Assembly (NCBI GenBank): GCA_951406725.2
Contig: OX597824.1
Span: 94,364,001 to 94,428,000, forward strand
Direction: 5' to 3'
Source: Octopus vulgaris
Taxonomy: Eukaryota
DNA: 64,000 nucleotides
Shown: positions 26,950 to 41,699 of the stretch, in pieces
Layout: each line of letters starts with the position of its first letter
Numbering within the stretch: position 1 is the stretch's first letter
The notes under the pieces: model-generated
The model's database searches: none
Told to the model about the DNA's origin: nothing
The model's input: the letters and a program-made list of their open reading frames with translations, nothing else
Position numbers and translations under genes: made by a program

Positions 26950-27365
26950 ATGTAAATTCATATATATATGTATATCGATAGGCATGTATATTTGTATATA
27001 TGTGTGTGTATATATGTGTGTACATGCGTGCGATCGTGTGTGTGTGTGCGTGTGTGTATGTATAAGCGCGTATCTATCCATACACACGCACTGATACAAG
27101 CGTACACATAAATGCGAATGTAACTATATACGAACTCACGCATTCATACACACACACACACACACACACATGTACGTGTAGACACATTTATACATACACA
27201 CATACAGGCACACACACACACACATATAGAGAGAAGTGTGTATACATCTATACATGTTCGTGTACAGATGTGTGTGTATGTGTGGGCGTCATTGTACATC
27301 TATGAATTCATATAGATGTATGTCTTCGTATCGCTGCATGTGTGCAGATATCTGTGTGTGTATGC

Positions 27366-27402
<37 letters not shown>

Positions 27403-27631
27403 TGTGTGTGTGTGTTCGGGACATCATCGAAAGGAAGTATACATTTAACAAAGAGGAAATTTACTTTAGTCACAGAAAATATTGAATTGGGCGAGAAACC
27501 GTATTGACATAATCTACGTGTGCCAGTATATGTGTACATATATACATATATATATATATATGTATGTATATATATATATATATACACATATAACTATGTA
27601 TATATATATATATATATATACGTATATATAT

Positions 27632-27675
<44 letters not shown>

Positions 27676-27843
27676 TCATACATATATATTCATATATATA
27701 TATATATATGTATGATGTATTTATGTATATATATGTATACATCCACACACATATATGCATGCATATATCTAGAGATGTATACATGTATACATATATACAT
27801 GTTTGTATATATGTGTGTGTGTATGTATGAATATATATATATG

Positions 27844-27877
<34 letters not shown>

Positions 27878-28456
27878 TACATATGTATCAACACAGTATA
27901 TGTGTGCGTGTATACATACATACATACACTATATATATACATATATATATATACTAATATATATATATGCATATATATATATATATATCACATTTGTTTA
28001 TATAATAGTAGTGGTGGTGGTTGTGGTGGTGTGGGTGCTGGTGGTAGTCGTCGTCTTCGCCATGGTGATGGTCGTGGCATTGAGGGTTGTGAATTGTGGT
28101 ATTGGTGGTGGTGATGATGGCAGGAGTGATGGTGTGATGTTATTGATTGTGTTACTGATAAGAATAGTGGGTTTGATGGTTGTGGTGGTGGTGGTGGTGG
28201 TTCGGGTTCTGCCGCTGCTCCCGGGACTGGGGTTGATGGTGGTGGTGGTGGTGATGGTCGTCGTCGTCGTCGTGTCTGAAGTCGAATTGTCAATGGTAGT
28301 TGCGTCATGGCGGTGGTAGTAGTAGTGGTGGTGGTGGTGGTGGTGGTGGTTGTGGTGGTGGTGGTGGTGGTGGTGGTGGCGACGGTGGTAGTGGTGGTGG
28401 CGGCGGCGGCGGTGGTGTTGGTGGTGTTGGCGGTGGTGGTGGGGTGGTGGTGGTAC

Positions 28457-28492
<36 letters not shown>

Positions 28493-28619
28493 CAGCAGCA
28501 GCACTAGTAGTAGTAGGAGGAGGAATAAGAGGAGGGTTGGAGTGTCCATTTCAGCAATGGTCGTGGTGTTAAAGGAGGCTATCCGTCCTGTTTGATTGTG
28601 ATAATTACGTAAAAAGAAA

Positions 28620-28973
<354 letters not shown>

Positions 28974-29116
28974 GGCGTCGCGAATTCAAAAGAATGTCCA
29001 CGTTTGCGATGGATCTTTTGCACCGATATGCATACACATACATCAGCCATACACACGCGCATAGTAAAACACCTGCATACGCTCATACAGGTCACACACG
29101 CATACACACACACGCG

Positions 29117-29156
<40 letters not shown>

Positions 29157-29906
29157 TAAAGCGTACACGCAGACAGACACACGCACACACACTCATGCAC
29201 GCACACACACATACACACACAGACATACACACACGGACATACACACACACATAAGCGTACGCGCGCACACACACACAGACATACGCACATACGCATGCGC
29301 ACACACACACACGCACACACACACATGCATGCACGCACACACACACACGCACAGACAAACGCTCACACACACACATACACACGCACACAGAGACATAACG
29401 TGCACACGCAGACAGACACACGCACACACGCGCACACACATACATACGCACACGCACATGGACACGCGCGCACATAAACACACACGCACATACACACAGA
29501 CATACGCACACACACACAAACACACACACACACACACACACACATCCGTACATGTTCGGACAGGCGCAAACTGCTTCAAACTCACCAACGGACGCACACA
29601 TGCAGCTATTCTTTCACGTACACAATACAAACCACAAATGCCCACATGGTTATGAATGTAGGCCCACATTCACAGGCCAGCATACGCAGATACGCAGCAG
29701 ACGAATGCAAACACTCGTAAGATCTAACGCAGATACGCCGCCATTCAATAAACGGTCATTGAGTTTGTAATTCCAGCAAATTTAATTTCCGGTTTCATCC
29801 ACCACAGGGTCCAAAAGAAAATGTAACCCTTAATGCAACCCCTCCCTCACCCCTCGCACCAAAACACTACTCAGCTACCACATACATACATACATACATA
29901 CACACG

Positions 29907-29947
<41 letters not shown>

Positions 29948-30259
29948 CACACACACATACAAATATATATATGTATATGTATGTGTGTGTGTAATATATG
30001 TATATATCTATATATGTGTGTGTGTGTGTGTATGTCTGTGTGTGTCTCGTTGTGTAAATATATATATATATATATACATACATGTATATGCATATACATA
30101 TATATACACACATATATCAATATATATATACATATATATATACATACATATATACATAAATATATATATATACATATATATATATATCAATATATATATA
30201 TATATGCATACATATATATATATACATATATATACATATATATTCATACATATATATAT

Positions 30260-30309
<50 letters not shown>

Positions 30310-30382
30310 CCCAGGCCACGAATACGAAGTCAATATAACTTGATAAATCAATATTATTAATATTGCTGTTGTTGCTATCATT

Positions 30383-30446
<64 letters not shown>

Positions 30447-31754
30447 GTGAGAAGGAGGATAATCCCTTCTTTTGTTGGCCACAAGGGGCCATGCATACAA
30501 TGTAAATCGTGTCGTTCAAAAGGGTTCACAAAAGCTGTGCATCTTAAAATGTGTGTGCATTTGACCGAGTGTGTGCGCGTGCGTGCTTGTACGTGCGTGT
30601 GAGAGAGAGAGAAAGAGAAAGTGAGAGAGAGTGAAAGAGAAAGTGAGAGAAAGAGATGGAGAGAGAGGGGTAGTGGTTGGGATGACAGTATACATTAAGA
30701 TACTGAAAAAAAAACAGCTTTCGAATTTAATACGCAAAAATACGAACATTGCACCCACAAAATGAGAGACTCCATCGTATATTTAGGTTCAGAGAACCCC
30801 ACGATTTTGAACAACTCCCGTTCCGATAATCTTCTCTTAAATGGATCCTCCAAGTTTTCCCTCAAAATTCTGCAGTTTTATTCATATCCTGAGGTGCCCC
30901 ATGTCCTTTGGATAAGTGCTGTTAGTTCCCCCAAACTCCTTTGGGGGGAATTTCAACAACCAGCAACCATCTATACGACAAGGTTTCCTGGTAATTCTTT
31001 CCTATCTCTTGTTTTAATCAATGCTGTATTGATTCTCTTCATTCTCTTCTAGTTTTTCCAACAATTTATACGGGTTATTGATGTTCCTTCGGATTACTTA
31101 GAAATTCAAGCACTTTAAGTGCTCGGCGTCTGTTCATGACGGGTTCTGCCTCCTGTTTAGACTAGACTCATTTATGTTTTTGTCACGTTTTTATTTCGCT
31201 GGTAAAAAGTAAAAGAAAAACTCCATTTTCATGACTGGAGCCTTGCGTTTTACACGAAAAAATAATGTTTATTTAACATCTAAAAGCGTCGATTTGAATG
31301 ATATTATTGCAAACAAGAACAAGACACGCACGCAAAGTTTAGACGAAACGAAGGAAGCAAGCCAAATTTAAAAGGTGAAAGTCTTGTTTAAAACAAAATA
31401 GGCGGGAATACAAATTCTTACGCTCGCTCTGCTAGCAATAATAAGAAAATAAACACAAGTGAACCAGCAGGAGAAAAAACTACGGGGCAAAAATATGTAT
31501 ACAAAGAAAATTACTCCCTGAAAGGAAGACGGTCATATATCTTTGCATCTTTAAAATGCATAGATTTTCTTTATGCCTTCGAAGCAACAACTAGAGGAAG
31601 CCCTGGATGATGTGGGGAGCGATATCTCATTTTGATTTTGGTAGGGATTGTAGCAATGTATGTCGTAGATGCAGAAAAAAGAGCAATGTGGTTGACGGTA
31701 CAGATCAGAAAGAAAACCTAACTGCGACATATGTGGTAGCAACAGCCGAAACTT

Positions 31755-32340
31755 GGCGGCATTTCGTCCGTCTTCACGTTCTGAGTTCAAATTCCGCCGA
31801 GATCGACTTTGCTTTTCATCCTTTCGGGGTCGATGAATTAAGTACCTATTTCTTTATTACCCACAAGGGGCTAAACACAGAGGGGACAAACAAGGACAGA
31901 CATATGTATTAAGTCGATTACATCGACCCCAGTAGCATGGGAACTGCCCATATCCTACGCAAAATACTGTTTATGTAATCTCAAATTTTAAAACAAACAT
32001 AATTTTCTTATATTTTCTTAAACATTCTCTAGAACAATACTATGTACAAATCCTTCTACTTTAGGCACAAGGCCTGAAATTTTGGGGGAGGAGGCCAGTC
32101 GATTTGCCCGACCCCAGTACGCAACTGGTACTTAATTTATCGGCCCCAAAAGGATGGAAGGCAAAGTCGACCTCGGCGGAATTTGAACTCAGGACGTAAC
32201 GGCAGACGAAATACCGCTAAGCTAACGTTTCTACCAGATCACCGCCTTGATGAATTAAGTACCACAGAAACACTGGAGTCGATGCAATTGACTATTCCCA
32301 TCCCGCAAAATTTCAGGCCTTGTGCCTATAGTAGAAAGGA
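31755..32340. mobile_element. Scrambled cluster of SINE-B pieces on both strands with an RLE-LINE 3' end (31936-32050, +)
   Basis: SINE-B cores at ~31760-31845 (+), 31845-31932 (-), 32052-32250 (-) and 32255-32340 (+). The LINE piece encodes MGTAHILRKILFM*. Confidence 0.8.
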
Positions 32341-32813
32341 TTATTATTATTATTGTTGTTGTTGTTGTTATTGTTATTATTAGGCTCTCTCGTTATCTAA
32401 GTATATACTTTTTAACCGTTCCTGACTTTGTCTGCTTCAGTAGAGCAGTTAGAGACACGGTCAAAATTATTCACGCCTGGTCTTTTCTTGAGACTATCTC
32501 TACAACTACATTATCGAAAATAACCTTCCAATTTCTTTTCAAATGCCAGGGTGTGATCTGAAAAAGATTTCACTGCTATTTTCAGCAAATTCAGTAACCA
32601 CATAGATACTCCCTCAACGGCTCATTTCTATATTATTTAGTAAATACGTGTTAACTATATAGACCATAACTCTGTGCGAGGTCGGGCGCGTCGAGAGTAA
32701 ACAGAGAAACCGTAACTGGAGATGTAATATAATTTACTTCTACAATGACAACCGGAAGCTGAGGATAAAAAAAAATCTTTCTGCAAATTAATATTTATAT
32801 ATACATACATACA

Positions 32814-32905
<92 letters not shown>

Positions 32906-33108
32906 CATACAATGGCGGGTAAAGCGAGATTAGGAATGGACTAATATTGCTGACGGTTTCCTTTCAACGATTGGGTGCAAGTATTAGGTGGATGAATTAA
33001 TTGTTAAATGGGGGACATATTGGATGGCATTGAAAGGAAATATATTGATGCATGAAAACATTATATACACGCACTCTTGAACGTGTACACACACATTATG
33101 TTTACATG

Positions 33109-33151
<43 letters not shown>

Positions 33152-33161
33152 TATATATATT

Positions 33162-33203
<42 letters not shown>

Positions 33204-33275
33204 TATATATATATTTAATTACATATATATGTATATATATGTGTATATAGATATATATATAATTACATATATATG

Positions 33276-33322
<47 letters not shown>

Positions 33323-33468
33323 ATGTATGTAGGTAGGTAGGTAGGTAGGTAGGTAGGTAGGTATATATGTATATGTACATACATAAATATATATAACATG
33401 TATACAGATGAACATATACACACGAGTGAGTGTTCATATATGTATATACATATACATATGCATATATG

Positions 33469-33536
<68 letters not shown>

Positions 33537-34285
33537 TATATGTATGTAGGTATATATGTTTGTATATATATATATAAACATACATATATGTATGTAGGTA
33601 TATATGTATGTGTATACATGTATGTATCTATCATGCATGTATGTATGTATATATATTTATATATATATTTATATATACTTACACACATACATACATTCAT
33701 ACATATATATATACATATATGCATATATACAGACACACACACACACACACACACAGAAACACACTCACACACACATAGTGGTGTAGTAACAGAGTGTATA
33801 TGAGACTGAGAGAGGGGGTGCGGGTTCTGTATGTTCATGGAAATTTATTACTTCCGATGTAAGTCCCTCCGCACACATATACACATAAACATACATGTAC
33901 GCTTACACACGCACACCTACACACACACACATATATACGCGGCCGCACACACACACACACATACATATGCGTTCATACGTTCACACACTCCCTATCGTGA
34001 ACATGCAAGCCTTACATATACACCCGTCATTGCTTGGACAACATTTATAATTTTTATTGACCTCTGGATATTTCGAACTCACAACCTCTCTATCTCTTCT
34101 CCACCACAGATCAGTGTTCCATCTCCATGTGGAATTGAATATTATGCCAGCATCAAGAAATAGTAGTCTATTTATATTTCTTAAATTTACGACCCAGTGT
34201 CTACTATTCTGCCAGTACGCCGCCTTAAATAAATGTCAACGGATTAATAATAACAATAAAACTTTAATGGAATTAAGCAGGTTGC

Positions 34286-34330
34286 CGTACGCCGAAGACA
34301 GGCAAATACCTCGAAACTGCAGTCCGTGCG
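34286..34330 (+). ncRNA. Type I hammerhead ribozyme motif (C-C-G-A-A-G-A core variant)
   Basis: cgtacg-CCGAAGA-c-agg(caaata)cct-c-GAAAC-tgca-GTC-cgtgcg. Stem I is cgtacg/cgtgcg, stem III is the palindromic ACTGCAGT, and the cleavage triplet is GUC. Confidence 0.65.
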
Positions 34331-34709
34331 TATCACTTAGGTTGACGAGAGAGGGATGACCTCCCTTTGCAAATACCATAAGGGCACAGAAAGAATGCCT
34401 AAAGCCAGCTGGAGACGATGATCTCCTGGAGCTAAAAGCTACAGTAACACCCACCCTTTGTGGTTAGCCATATTGAGATGGCTAGTATACTTTACGTTTA
34501 ATGGAATTTATAAACATTTAATGCATTGCTAAGCGCGTTTCCATAAATCAAGTGACTTTTAAGATCACAGTCCATATTTCTGGGATGATTGCAGTGTAGT
34601 CCGTAGTATCCGTTGATAGTCATCCTCATTGATTCATTTCTTTAGGCGCTATACCATTACTTGGTGTACAAAAGAAGGATGCTTATCTCTTTTTATTAGT
34701 ATGAAGGTA

Positions 34710-35080
34710 GGCATGGCTACCTTCATACTAATATGGTAAGAAGCTTGTTCCCCAACCACATGGCTCTGGGTTTAGTCCCACTGTGTGGAACCTCGGGCAA
34801 TGTGTCATCTACGATAGCCTCAGGACAACCAAAGCCTTGTGAGAGGATTTGGTAGACGGAAACTGAAAGAAGCCCGTTGTCTACATGTGTGTGTGTGTGT
34901 TTGACAGTCGCTGTTAGTGTGCTTAAACTAGCAGTTCAGCAAAAAGAAACCGATAAAATAAACACCAGGCTTTTTTTTTTAAATAACAAACAAGAACCGG
35001 GGTCGATTTATTCGACTAAACCTTTCAAGGCGGTGCCCCAGGATGGCCGCAATCCAATGACTGAATCAAGTAAAAGATAA
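34710..35080 (+). mobile_element. SINE family A
   Basis: ccaaccacatgg..agtcccactg..ggtagacggaaactgaaagaagccc..ggtgccccaggatggccgc. Confidence 0.85.
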
Positions 35081-35867
35081 AATATAGCGATTATCAAATA
35101 TTTTTGTCTTAAAATAGTCATTTCTTAATTCGTTTATTTTATTTATAAAAAAATTGCTAACTTTATTTGTTATTTCATTTTATTCTTTTATTACTCCATT
35201 TTATGGTTTTTGTTCTTTTTTTCTTAGTCTTCCGCAAAATCTTTGCTTTATTATTAGAACCGGAATATTTTTGCCAATATATCTTCCGGTTAAATTCGTC
35301 AAAACCCTAAAAGCAAGCCAGGTCATTCCCAACTGAAAGGTCAACTAATGAGATAGAACAGTTCCTCACCTCCACTCAATCCTCTCCTCACACATACACA
35401 CACCTACATATACACACGCATACATACACACACGCATACATACACACACACATACACACACACGCACACATATACATACACACACATTCACGCATTTGTA
35501 TGCCTTGCTCGGCACAGCCTTTTCTGTTTTAATTGTTCTTCTTTATCGCTGACGATGATGGCGACCATGAGAAGAAAGAGGAAGAAGATGAAGATAAATT
35601 CTCACTGTATTTTATTATCTGATCTACGTGTGTGTGTGCGCACGTATCTGTGTGTGTGTGCGCGTGTCTATGTGTCTATGCACATTACTTCTAAAATCAT
35701 CTTCTGATTGGCACTATCTCATTCTTGTTTTTTTGGACAATTGCCTTTGAATAGGTTCCATTCCTCAAATGTAAATATCCCAAATGCACATGCTGGTCAA
35801 AAGTGGTCAATCAATCTAGCTTCCTGTTTTTCATCGCGGTTTTTGTTGTTATTTCTCTTGCGAGGCC

Positions 35868-36030
35868 AAACTAGTTAGGATAATGCACACACGATCGCAA
35901 GGTCTGGGTTTCCATTCCGAGGCCGGTCGGTGCCTTGTGCTCTCGAAAAAACGCTGTTCTGTGATCCTTTGGACATCTGATGTGTGGCACATTGTGCACC
36001 TGTACAGGTAATGTCGATGTGATGGCCGAC
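35868..36030 (+). mobile_element. Degenerate tRNA-derived SINE fragment
   Basis: tagttaggataatgcacacacgatcgcaaggtctgggtttccattccga resembles the tRNA-like heads at 22900 and 39843. Confidence 0.45.
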
Positions 36031-36065
36031 GTGAGCTCATGCACAGTACCGACTTTTGAGTAATA

Positions 36066-36104
<39 letters not shown>

Positions 36105-36105
36105 A

Positions 36106-36490
36106 AGGCGGCGAGCTGGTAGAATCGTTAGCACACCGGGCGAAATGCTTAGCAGTATTTCGTCTGTCGTTACGTTCTGAGTTCAAATTCCGCCGAGGTC
36201 GACTTTGCCTTTCATCCTTTCGGGATCGATAAATTAAGCACCATTTACGCACTGTGGTCGATATAATCGACTTAATCCGTTTGTCTGTCCTTGTTCGTCC
36301 CTTCTGTGGGTAGTAAAGAAATAGGTATTTCGTCTACCACTATGTTTTGAGTTCAAATTCCGTCGAGGTCGACTTTGCCTTCCATCCTTTTGGGGTCGAT
36401 AAATTAAGTACCATTTGCGTACTGGGGTCGGGCAAATCGACTGGCCTCCTCCACCAAAATTTCAGGCCTTGTGCCTAAAGTAGAAAGATT
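36106..36490 (+). mobile_element. SINE family B, dimeric
   Basis: Full head and two consecutive gtcgactttgcct..aagtacc cores. Confidence 0.9.
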
Positions 36491-36830
36491 TGTACATAGT
36501 ATTGTTCTGGAGAATGGTTAAGAAAACATAAGAAAATTATGAGTTTGTTTTAAAATTTGAGATTACAGAGACAGTATTTTGCGTAGGATATGGGCAGTTC
36601 CCATGAGCACTATCTTTTGAATTTCTGCCATTTTGGGGTTTCCTGGAATCTGAGCTAGGTAGAAATCAGCCTCTTTTGCTATCATTCCTAGGGCACCTAT
36701 GACAACAGGTATTGTTTTAGTCTTCAAGTTCCACGTTTTGCCAATTTCTATGTCAAGATCTTTATACTTGCTCGGGTTTTGGTAGGTCTTGACATATACA
36801 TTTATGGAACAGTCATATCAATGAGGAGGC
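36490..36830 (-). mobile_element. RLE-LINE 3' fragment (family 2)
   Basis: Minus strand: CLLIDMTVP../..SKYKDLDIEIGKTWNLKTKTIPVVIGALGMIAK..IQKIVLMGTAHILRKILSL*. Confidence 0.85.
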
Positions 36831-36918
36831 ATAATCATTATTATTATTTATTATCATTATTATTATTATTATCATCATTATTATTATTATTATTGTTGTT
36901 GTTGTTGTTGTTGTTGTT

Positions 36919-37230
36919 TCGTAACACAGTGTAGGTAAAAATGCACCGGAGTTTTTGGTCATCTGTCAAGATACAACAAGGACCTCAAACAGCCCAATAT
37001 GGCTGCTTTTTGCAAGACAGCAATCTTGCACGGGATTTCCAGTTCCCTTAAGAAGTCTTGAAGCTCCTATCACCACTGGTATCACTTTTACATTGCCCTC
37101 TTACATTCCATAGTCTTACCATTTCCACTTTCACTTCGGAGTACTTGGTGATTTTTTCAACCTCTTTCCTCACAACATTCATATCATTTGGTGTGGCTAC
37201 ATCAATGATCTGACGGCATTTATATCTCTT
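36919..37230 (-). mobile_element. RLE-LINE 3' fragment (family 3)
   Basis: Minus strand: ..QIIDVATPNDMNVVRKEVEKITKYSEVKVEMVRLWNV../..VIPVVIGA. It ends in (AAC)/(AAT)n, with (AAT)n also close upstream. Confidence 0.78.
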
Positions 37231-37264
37231 ATTTAATATGAAAATATCCGGTCGACCGTATTCG

Positions 37265-37382
<118 letters not shown>

Positions 37383-37526
37383 GAAGTAGTGTTTATTGTC
37401 ATTTTAACGTGGGTGTTCGTCATTAGCGGAATCAGTTTCATCCTGCTTCTCTGCTAATAATAACGAATTTTTACTCACCCTGCTGGATATTTGTGGCACA
37501 AATGAATTATTAATCAGTAGAGGTTA

Positions 37527-37571
<45 letters not shown>

Positions 37572-37835
37572 TAGAGGCTAAAATGGTTGCTAGTTGACAA
37601 TTGCAACTGATGATGCGCAAAGAAACAGAAATCTAGATTTAACAACTCTACAGCTGCTGACGGACGCTTTTCGCACGCTACTGATATATTTCAGTGCTTT
37701 ATAAATATATATTTATGCAAGATGCCTTCTCGAGAGGATTCTTCCAGCTTTGTGGCTTTGTACAGTATATTCGCTTTAAGTACGATATGCAGAAGTATAC
37801 TTATTTTTCATATACATATACATATATATATATAT

Positions 37836-38228
37836 CTTTTACTTGTTTCAGTCATTTGACTGTGCCCATGCTGGAGCACCGCCTTTAATCGAGCAACTCG
37901 ACCCCGGGACTTATTCTTTTGTAAGCCCAGTACTTATTCTATCGGTCTCTTTTGCCGAACCGCTAAGTAACGGGGACATAAACACACCACCATCGGTTGT
38001 CAAACAATGCTAGGGGGACAAACACAGACACGTAAACACACACACGCACATATATATATATACATATATACGACGGGCTTCTTTTCAGTTTCCGTCTACC
38101 AAATCCACTCACAAGGCTTTGGTCGGCCCGAGGCTATAGTAGAAGACACTTGCCCAAGGTGCCACGCTGTGGGATTGAACCCGGAACCATGTGGTTGGTT
38201 AGCAAGCTACTTACCACACAGCCACTCC
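37836..38228 (-). mobile_element. SINE family A, full length
   Basis: Reverse complement of the 24924 copy. Confidence 0.92.
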
Positions 38229-39037
38229 ATATATATATATGACTGATAACATGTATATTTCTGGTGTCACGCATTAGTGAGAGACCAGCTCAACTCTTGG
38301 GACTTTTATCTCAGGCAATATTTTAACTGAATGCAAGCCTAAAAAATAGTTTGAATTATGCGATATATGATAAAATGGAATGGAACCAGATAGAACTGCA
38401 AAAACTCTGCTGCAAAGTGAACAAACTTTTTGCATTTAGTCATTAAAAATATTCCAAAGAGAACTCATAAAATATATAATATGCATTAATACTGAAAAAA
38501 TGGTTTTCATAAAAACAGGGAAATACTTCACATGTAAAAGGATTTGTAGAATATTGAAAGATTGTAACCAAAAAAAGAATTAACCATCTTTGAGTATTTA
38601 TACATGAAAATATCTCGTACTAAGTATATCTATCGCAAAAAAAGAGAAGCTGGTCCACACGTATATACATAGATATGTACATGTATATTTATGTGTGTAT
38701 GTGTATGTATATATACATATACGTGTGTGTGTTTACGCATATATGTGTGTATGCATATATCTAATATCTTCATTCTGCATCTACCACTCTATATATTCTC
38801 ATTACTGTATGTAATTTTCTCATTTTTCCTTTGAAGAACTCTTAGAGTGAAAACCGGTTGGCGTGTAAGGTAAAAAAAAGATTTGATATATCTAAATGAA
38901 ATACTACAAATGTGTTTGTCTTTCAATTTTTCTAAAAAATTATGATTGTTTTAACTTTATTGAGCATTTCCATCCAATTTTTTGGTTTTATACATACACA
39001 CACATTCATACATTCATACACACGCCCATGTTGACAT

Positions 39038-39087
<50 letters not shown>

Positions 39088-39842
39088 GAATTTTTCTTTT
39101 GCCCTTATTTTGTAAATTATATATATATATATATATATACGCTATACGCACACACAAACATTACTTTTTGTGTTCCCCAAAAAAATAATTTCGTCCCTGC
39201 ATTAAACAGGTTAACACGAACTTAAAAACATGCCGAACATTTTGACTGAGTTATTAAGGCTATCAAATGCAGAAGAATCTCTTCGTGGATTCATGGCAAA
39301 AGAAAACAGAGTCACAAGGTATTTCGAACGGAACACAGAATGTATTTGCGTTTCCGTTATACTAATGTAGTGGATGCGTCATGAAATCTAATCCGCAGCA
39401 AATATTTTTTGTATCTCAGATAAAGATAATTTATTGAACATGATGCTGTTTATTTAGTTTTTAAAAAAAGGTACACCTTCCAGCTAACTGTCGATGGAAT
39501 TATATCTTTTCTCTCTCTTCAGCCTTACGATACATGAACCGATCTTAAATATCGTCTTTGTAATACTGTATTTATTTTGATGAAATGAATGAAGCGGTGC
39601 ATTGATTCGAACACCTTGCAAACAATAACACATTAAAAAGCCGTTAGATGGTCTCACGATGTGCTAGAAATCACAGCCAAATGTTGCCCAAAGCTCAACC
39701 TACAGTCTTAAAATTATTTGGATAATATAGTTCGAGGTAATCAATGCCTGAAAAAATTTGTTGGTCATGATGACCATGACGGAATGCTATTCACCATATG
39801 TATGCTTGATAAGAACTGGCCTTGGAGTTCAGCAACAGCAGC

Positions 39843-40088
39843 AGGAGGCGCAATGGCCCAGTGGTTAGGGCAGCGAACACGCGGTCGGAGGATCGCGGTT
39901 TCGATTTCCAGACCGGGCGTTGTGTGTGTTTATTGAGTGAAAACACCTTAAGCTCCACGAGGTTCCGGCAGGGGGTAGTGGCGACCCCTGTTGTACTCTT
40001 TCGCTTCAACTTTCTCTCACTCTTCCTGTTTTTTGTCCCCGACTTCCTACGCAACCGCTGACCCTGGATGCGCATTCATCCAGCCCGT
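39843..40088 (+). mobile_element. tRNA-derived SINE family C (possibly an octopus OR-type, tRNA-Arg-related SINE)
   Basis: ggaggcgcaatggcccagtggttaggg..cgcggtttcgatttcc carries A and B boxes, followed by a GC-rich body. Confidence 0.7.
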
Positions 40089-40224
40089 ATAATGTGGAAG
40101 TTAAGGACTTTGTCTAAGTGCCGTGCAGTATCGAAGTCTAGTGTATTGCTGTACAGAGGTATAACGCTGTAGAAAAGTTTAGGACCTTGTGCCTTGAGCA
40201 GAAAAGAATATTATTGGTAACTCT

Positions 40225-40450
40225 AGAATGGTAAGCTAGCAGAATCATTAAAGCATCGGACAAAATTGCAGCATTACTTCTGGCTTTTTACGTTCGTAGT
40301 TCAAATCTCACCGAAGTTGATTTTGCCTTTCATCCTTTCGGGGTCGATAACATAAGTACCAGTTCATCAGTTGAGAACTGAGGTTGATATAATCGACTTA
40401 ACCCCCCACCCCACCAAATTGTTGGTCTGGTGCCAGAATTAGAAAGAATA
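40225..40450 (+). mobile_element. SINE family B, diverged
   Basis: gcctttcatcctttcggggtcgataacataagtaccag core. Confidence 0.82.
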
Positions 40451-40739
40451 TTGTAATGTTTGTCCACACAGTCATGTGTACACCCAGATTTACCCCTTTA
40501 TTGTAAAGCATTTCCTTTTGCAAACAGGGAGTTTCTTTGATGAACCATTATCCACCAATATTCCCTGAAACGTTCCTGGTCCATCAAGAATTGTGCAAGT
40601 ACCTCACAGAAAAGAAATAACACAGGAAAAAATAAAAACTTTTAACAAAAGCAATTGATTGACATCGTATTTCTTTGATAAAATCTCTGCAGATGCCTGA
40701 AACAAACAAACAATAGCTTTAGAGGAGGAATTTGTCCCT

Positions 40740-41135
40740 GCGGAACAAACTTTTAGAGGATTTTCTTAGCGATCGATTTGAAATGATAAGAACGATAAAA
40801 TTTCTTTCTTATACGAGCAACTTACATGAAAATTTAAAACAACGCAAAACCACCAAACATTCACGAAATATGTCTGTTCACTCTGATAAATCAAAAAATT
40901 ATCTTTACGATAGATATAGCTACATATTTCAGACTTTCCTCTAACAACATCGCAAACATATACAGAAAATCAAATTCTAAAACATATCACGGTATTAATA
41001 AATAATCCCAAAGATTGTGGAACAAAGAACTTAGCGCATCGAGAATCCCAAATTATTTTAAGGGCAACAGAGATAATATTCTAGTTTACCCAAATTCAAG
41101 CATATCATCTCAGCAAACAGGGAACTAGGTTTAAT
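40740..41135 (+). pseudogene. Highly degenerate Penelope-like reverse transcriptase N-terminal fragment
   Basis: Broken translation ..EDFLSDRFEMIRTIKF..SVHSDKSKNYL..SNNIANIYRK..ILRATEI..ISANRELG recalls the PLE motifs ADKT.N.Y, NITKTY.K, LKDHK and INPAK.E.G. Confidence 0.5.
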
Positions 41136-41481
41136 TAATATATATAGACATACAATTAACCCACTCCGGCCCCTATGGATAACTAAATCATAACAGTTAT
41201 AATAGTCCACTCGGCATTGTTGTGCCATTCAAGACGCGTTATGCTTTACAAACAATACCCAATGCTTCAAGCGAACTATAATACTCTCCAGTATATATAT
41301 CCTTCAGATGCAGTTATAAGAGAGACTAATCAAATCGAAAATTTACCCTTAGGGAAAATAGTTCTACGGAGATTAATTAGTTTAACCAATTAATGGATAA
41401 CAAAAATGTATAACCAAATGTATAACAAAAGTAAATACGAATTTCTTCAGTTTGTCTCCGTAGAATTTTACTTCTTTATTT

Positions 41482-41637
41482 AGTTTAGCAAATCGACCCC
41501 AGGATTTATTCTTTGTAAGCCCAGTACTTATTATATCGGTCTCTTTTTAGCGAACCGCTAAGTTGCGGGGACGTAAACACACTAGCATCGGTGGTCAAGA
41601 GATGTTGGGGGGGAGCAAATACACACAAACACACACA

Positions 41638-41699
<62 letters not shown>

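Noticed and set aside
27450-27510. Possible minus-strand micro-exon
   Set aside because: No polypyrimidine tract; only AG/GT dinucleotides support it.
30760-31500. Possible LINE or LTR fragment
   Set aside because: It looks TE-like, but no diagnostic motif or terminus could be read by eye.
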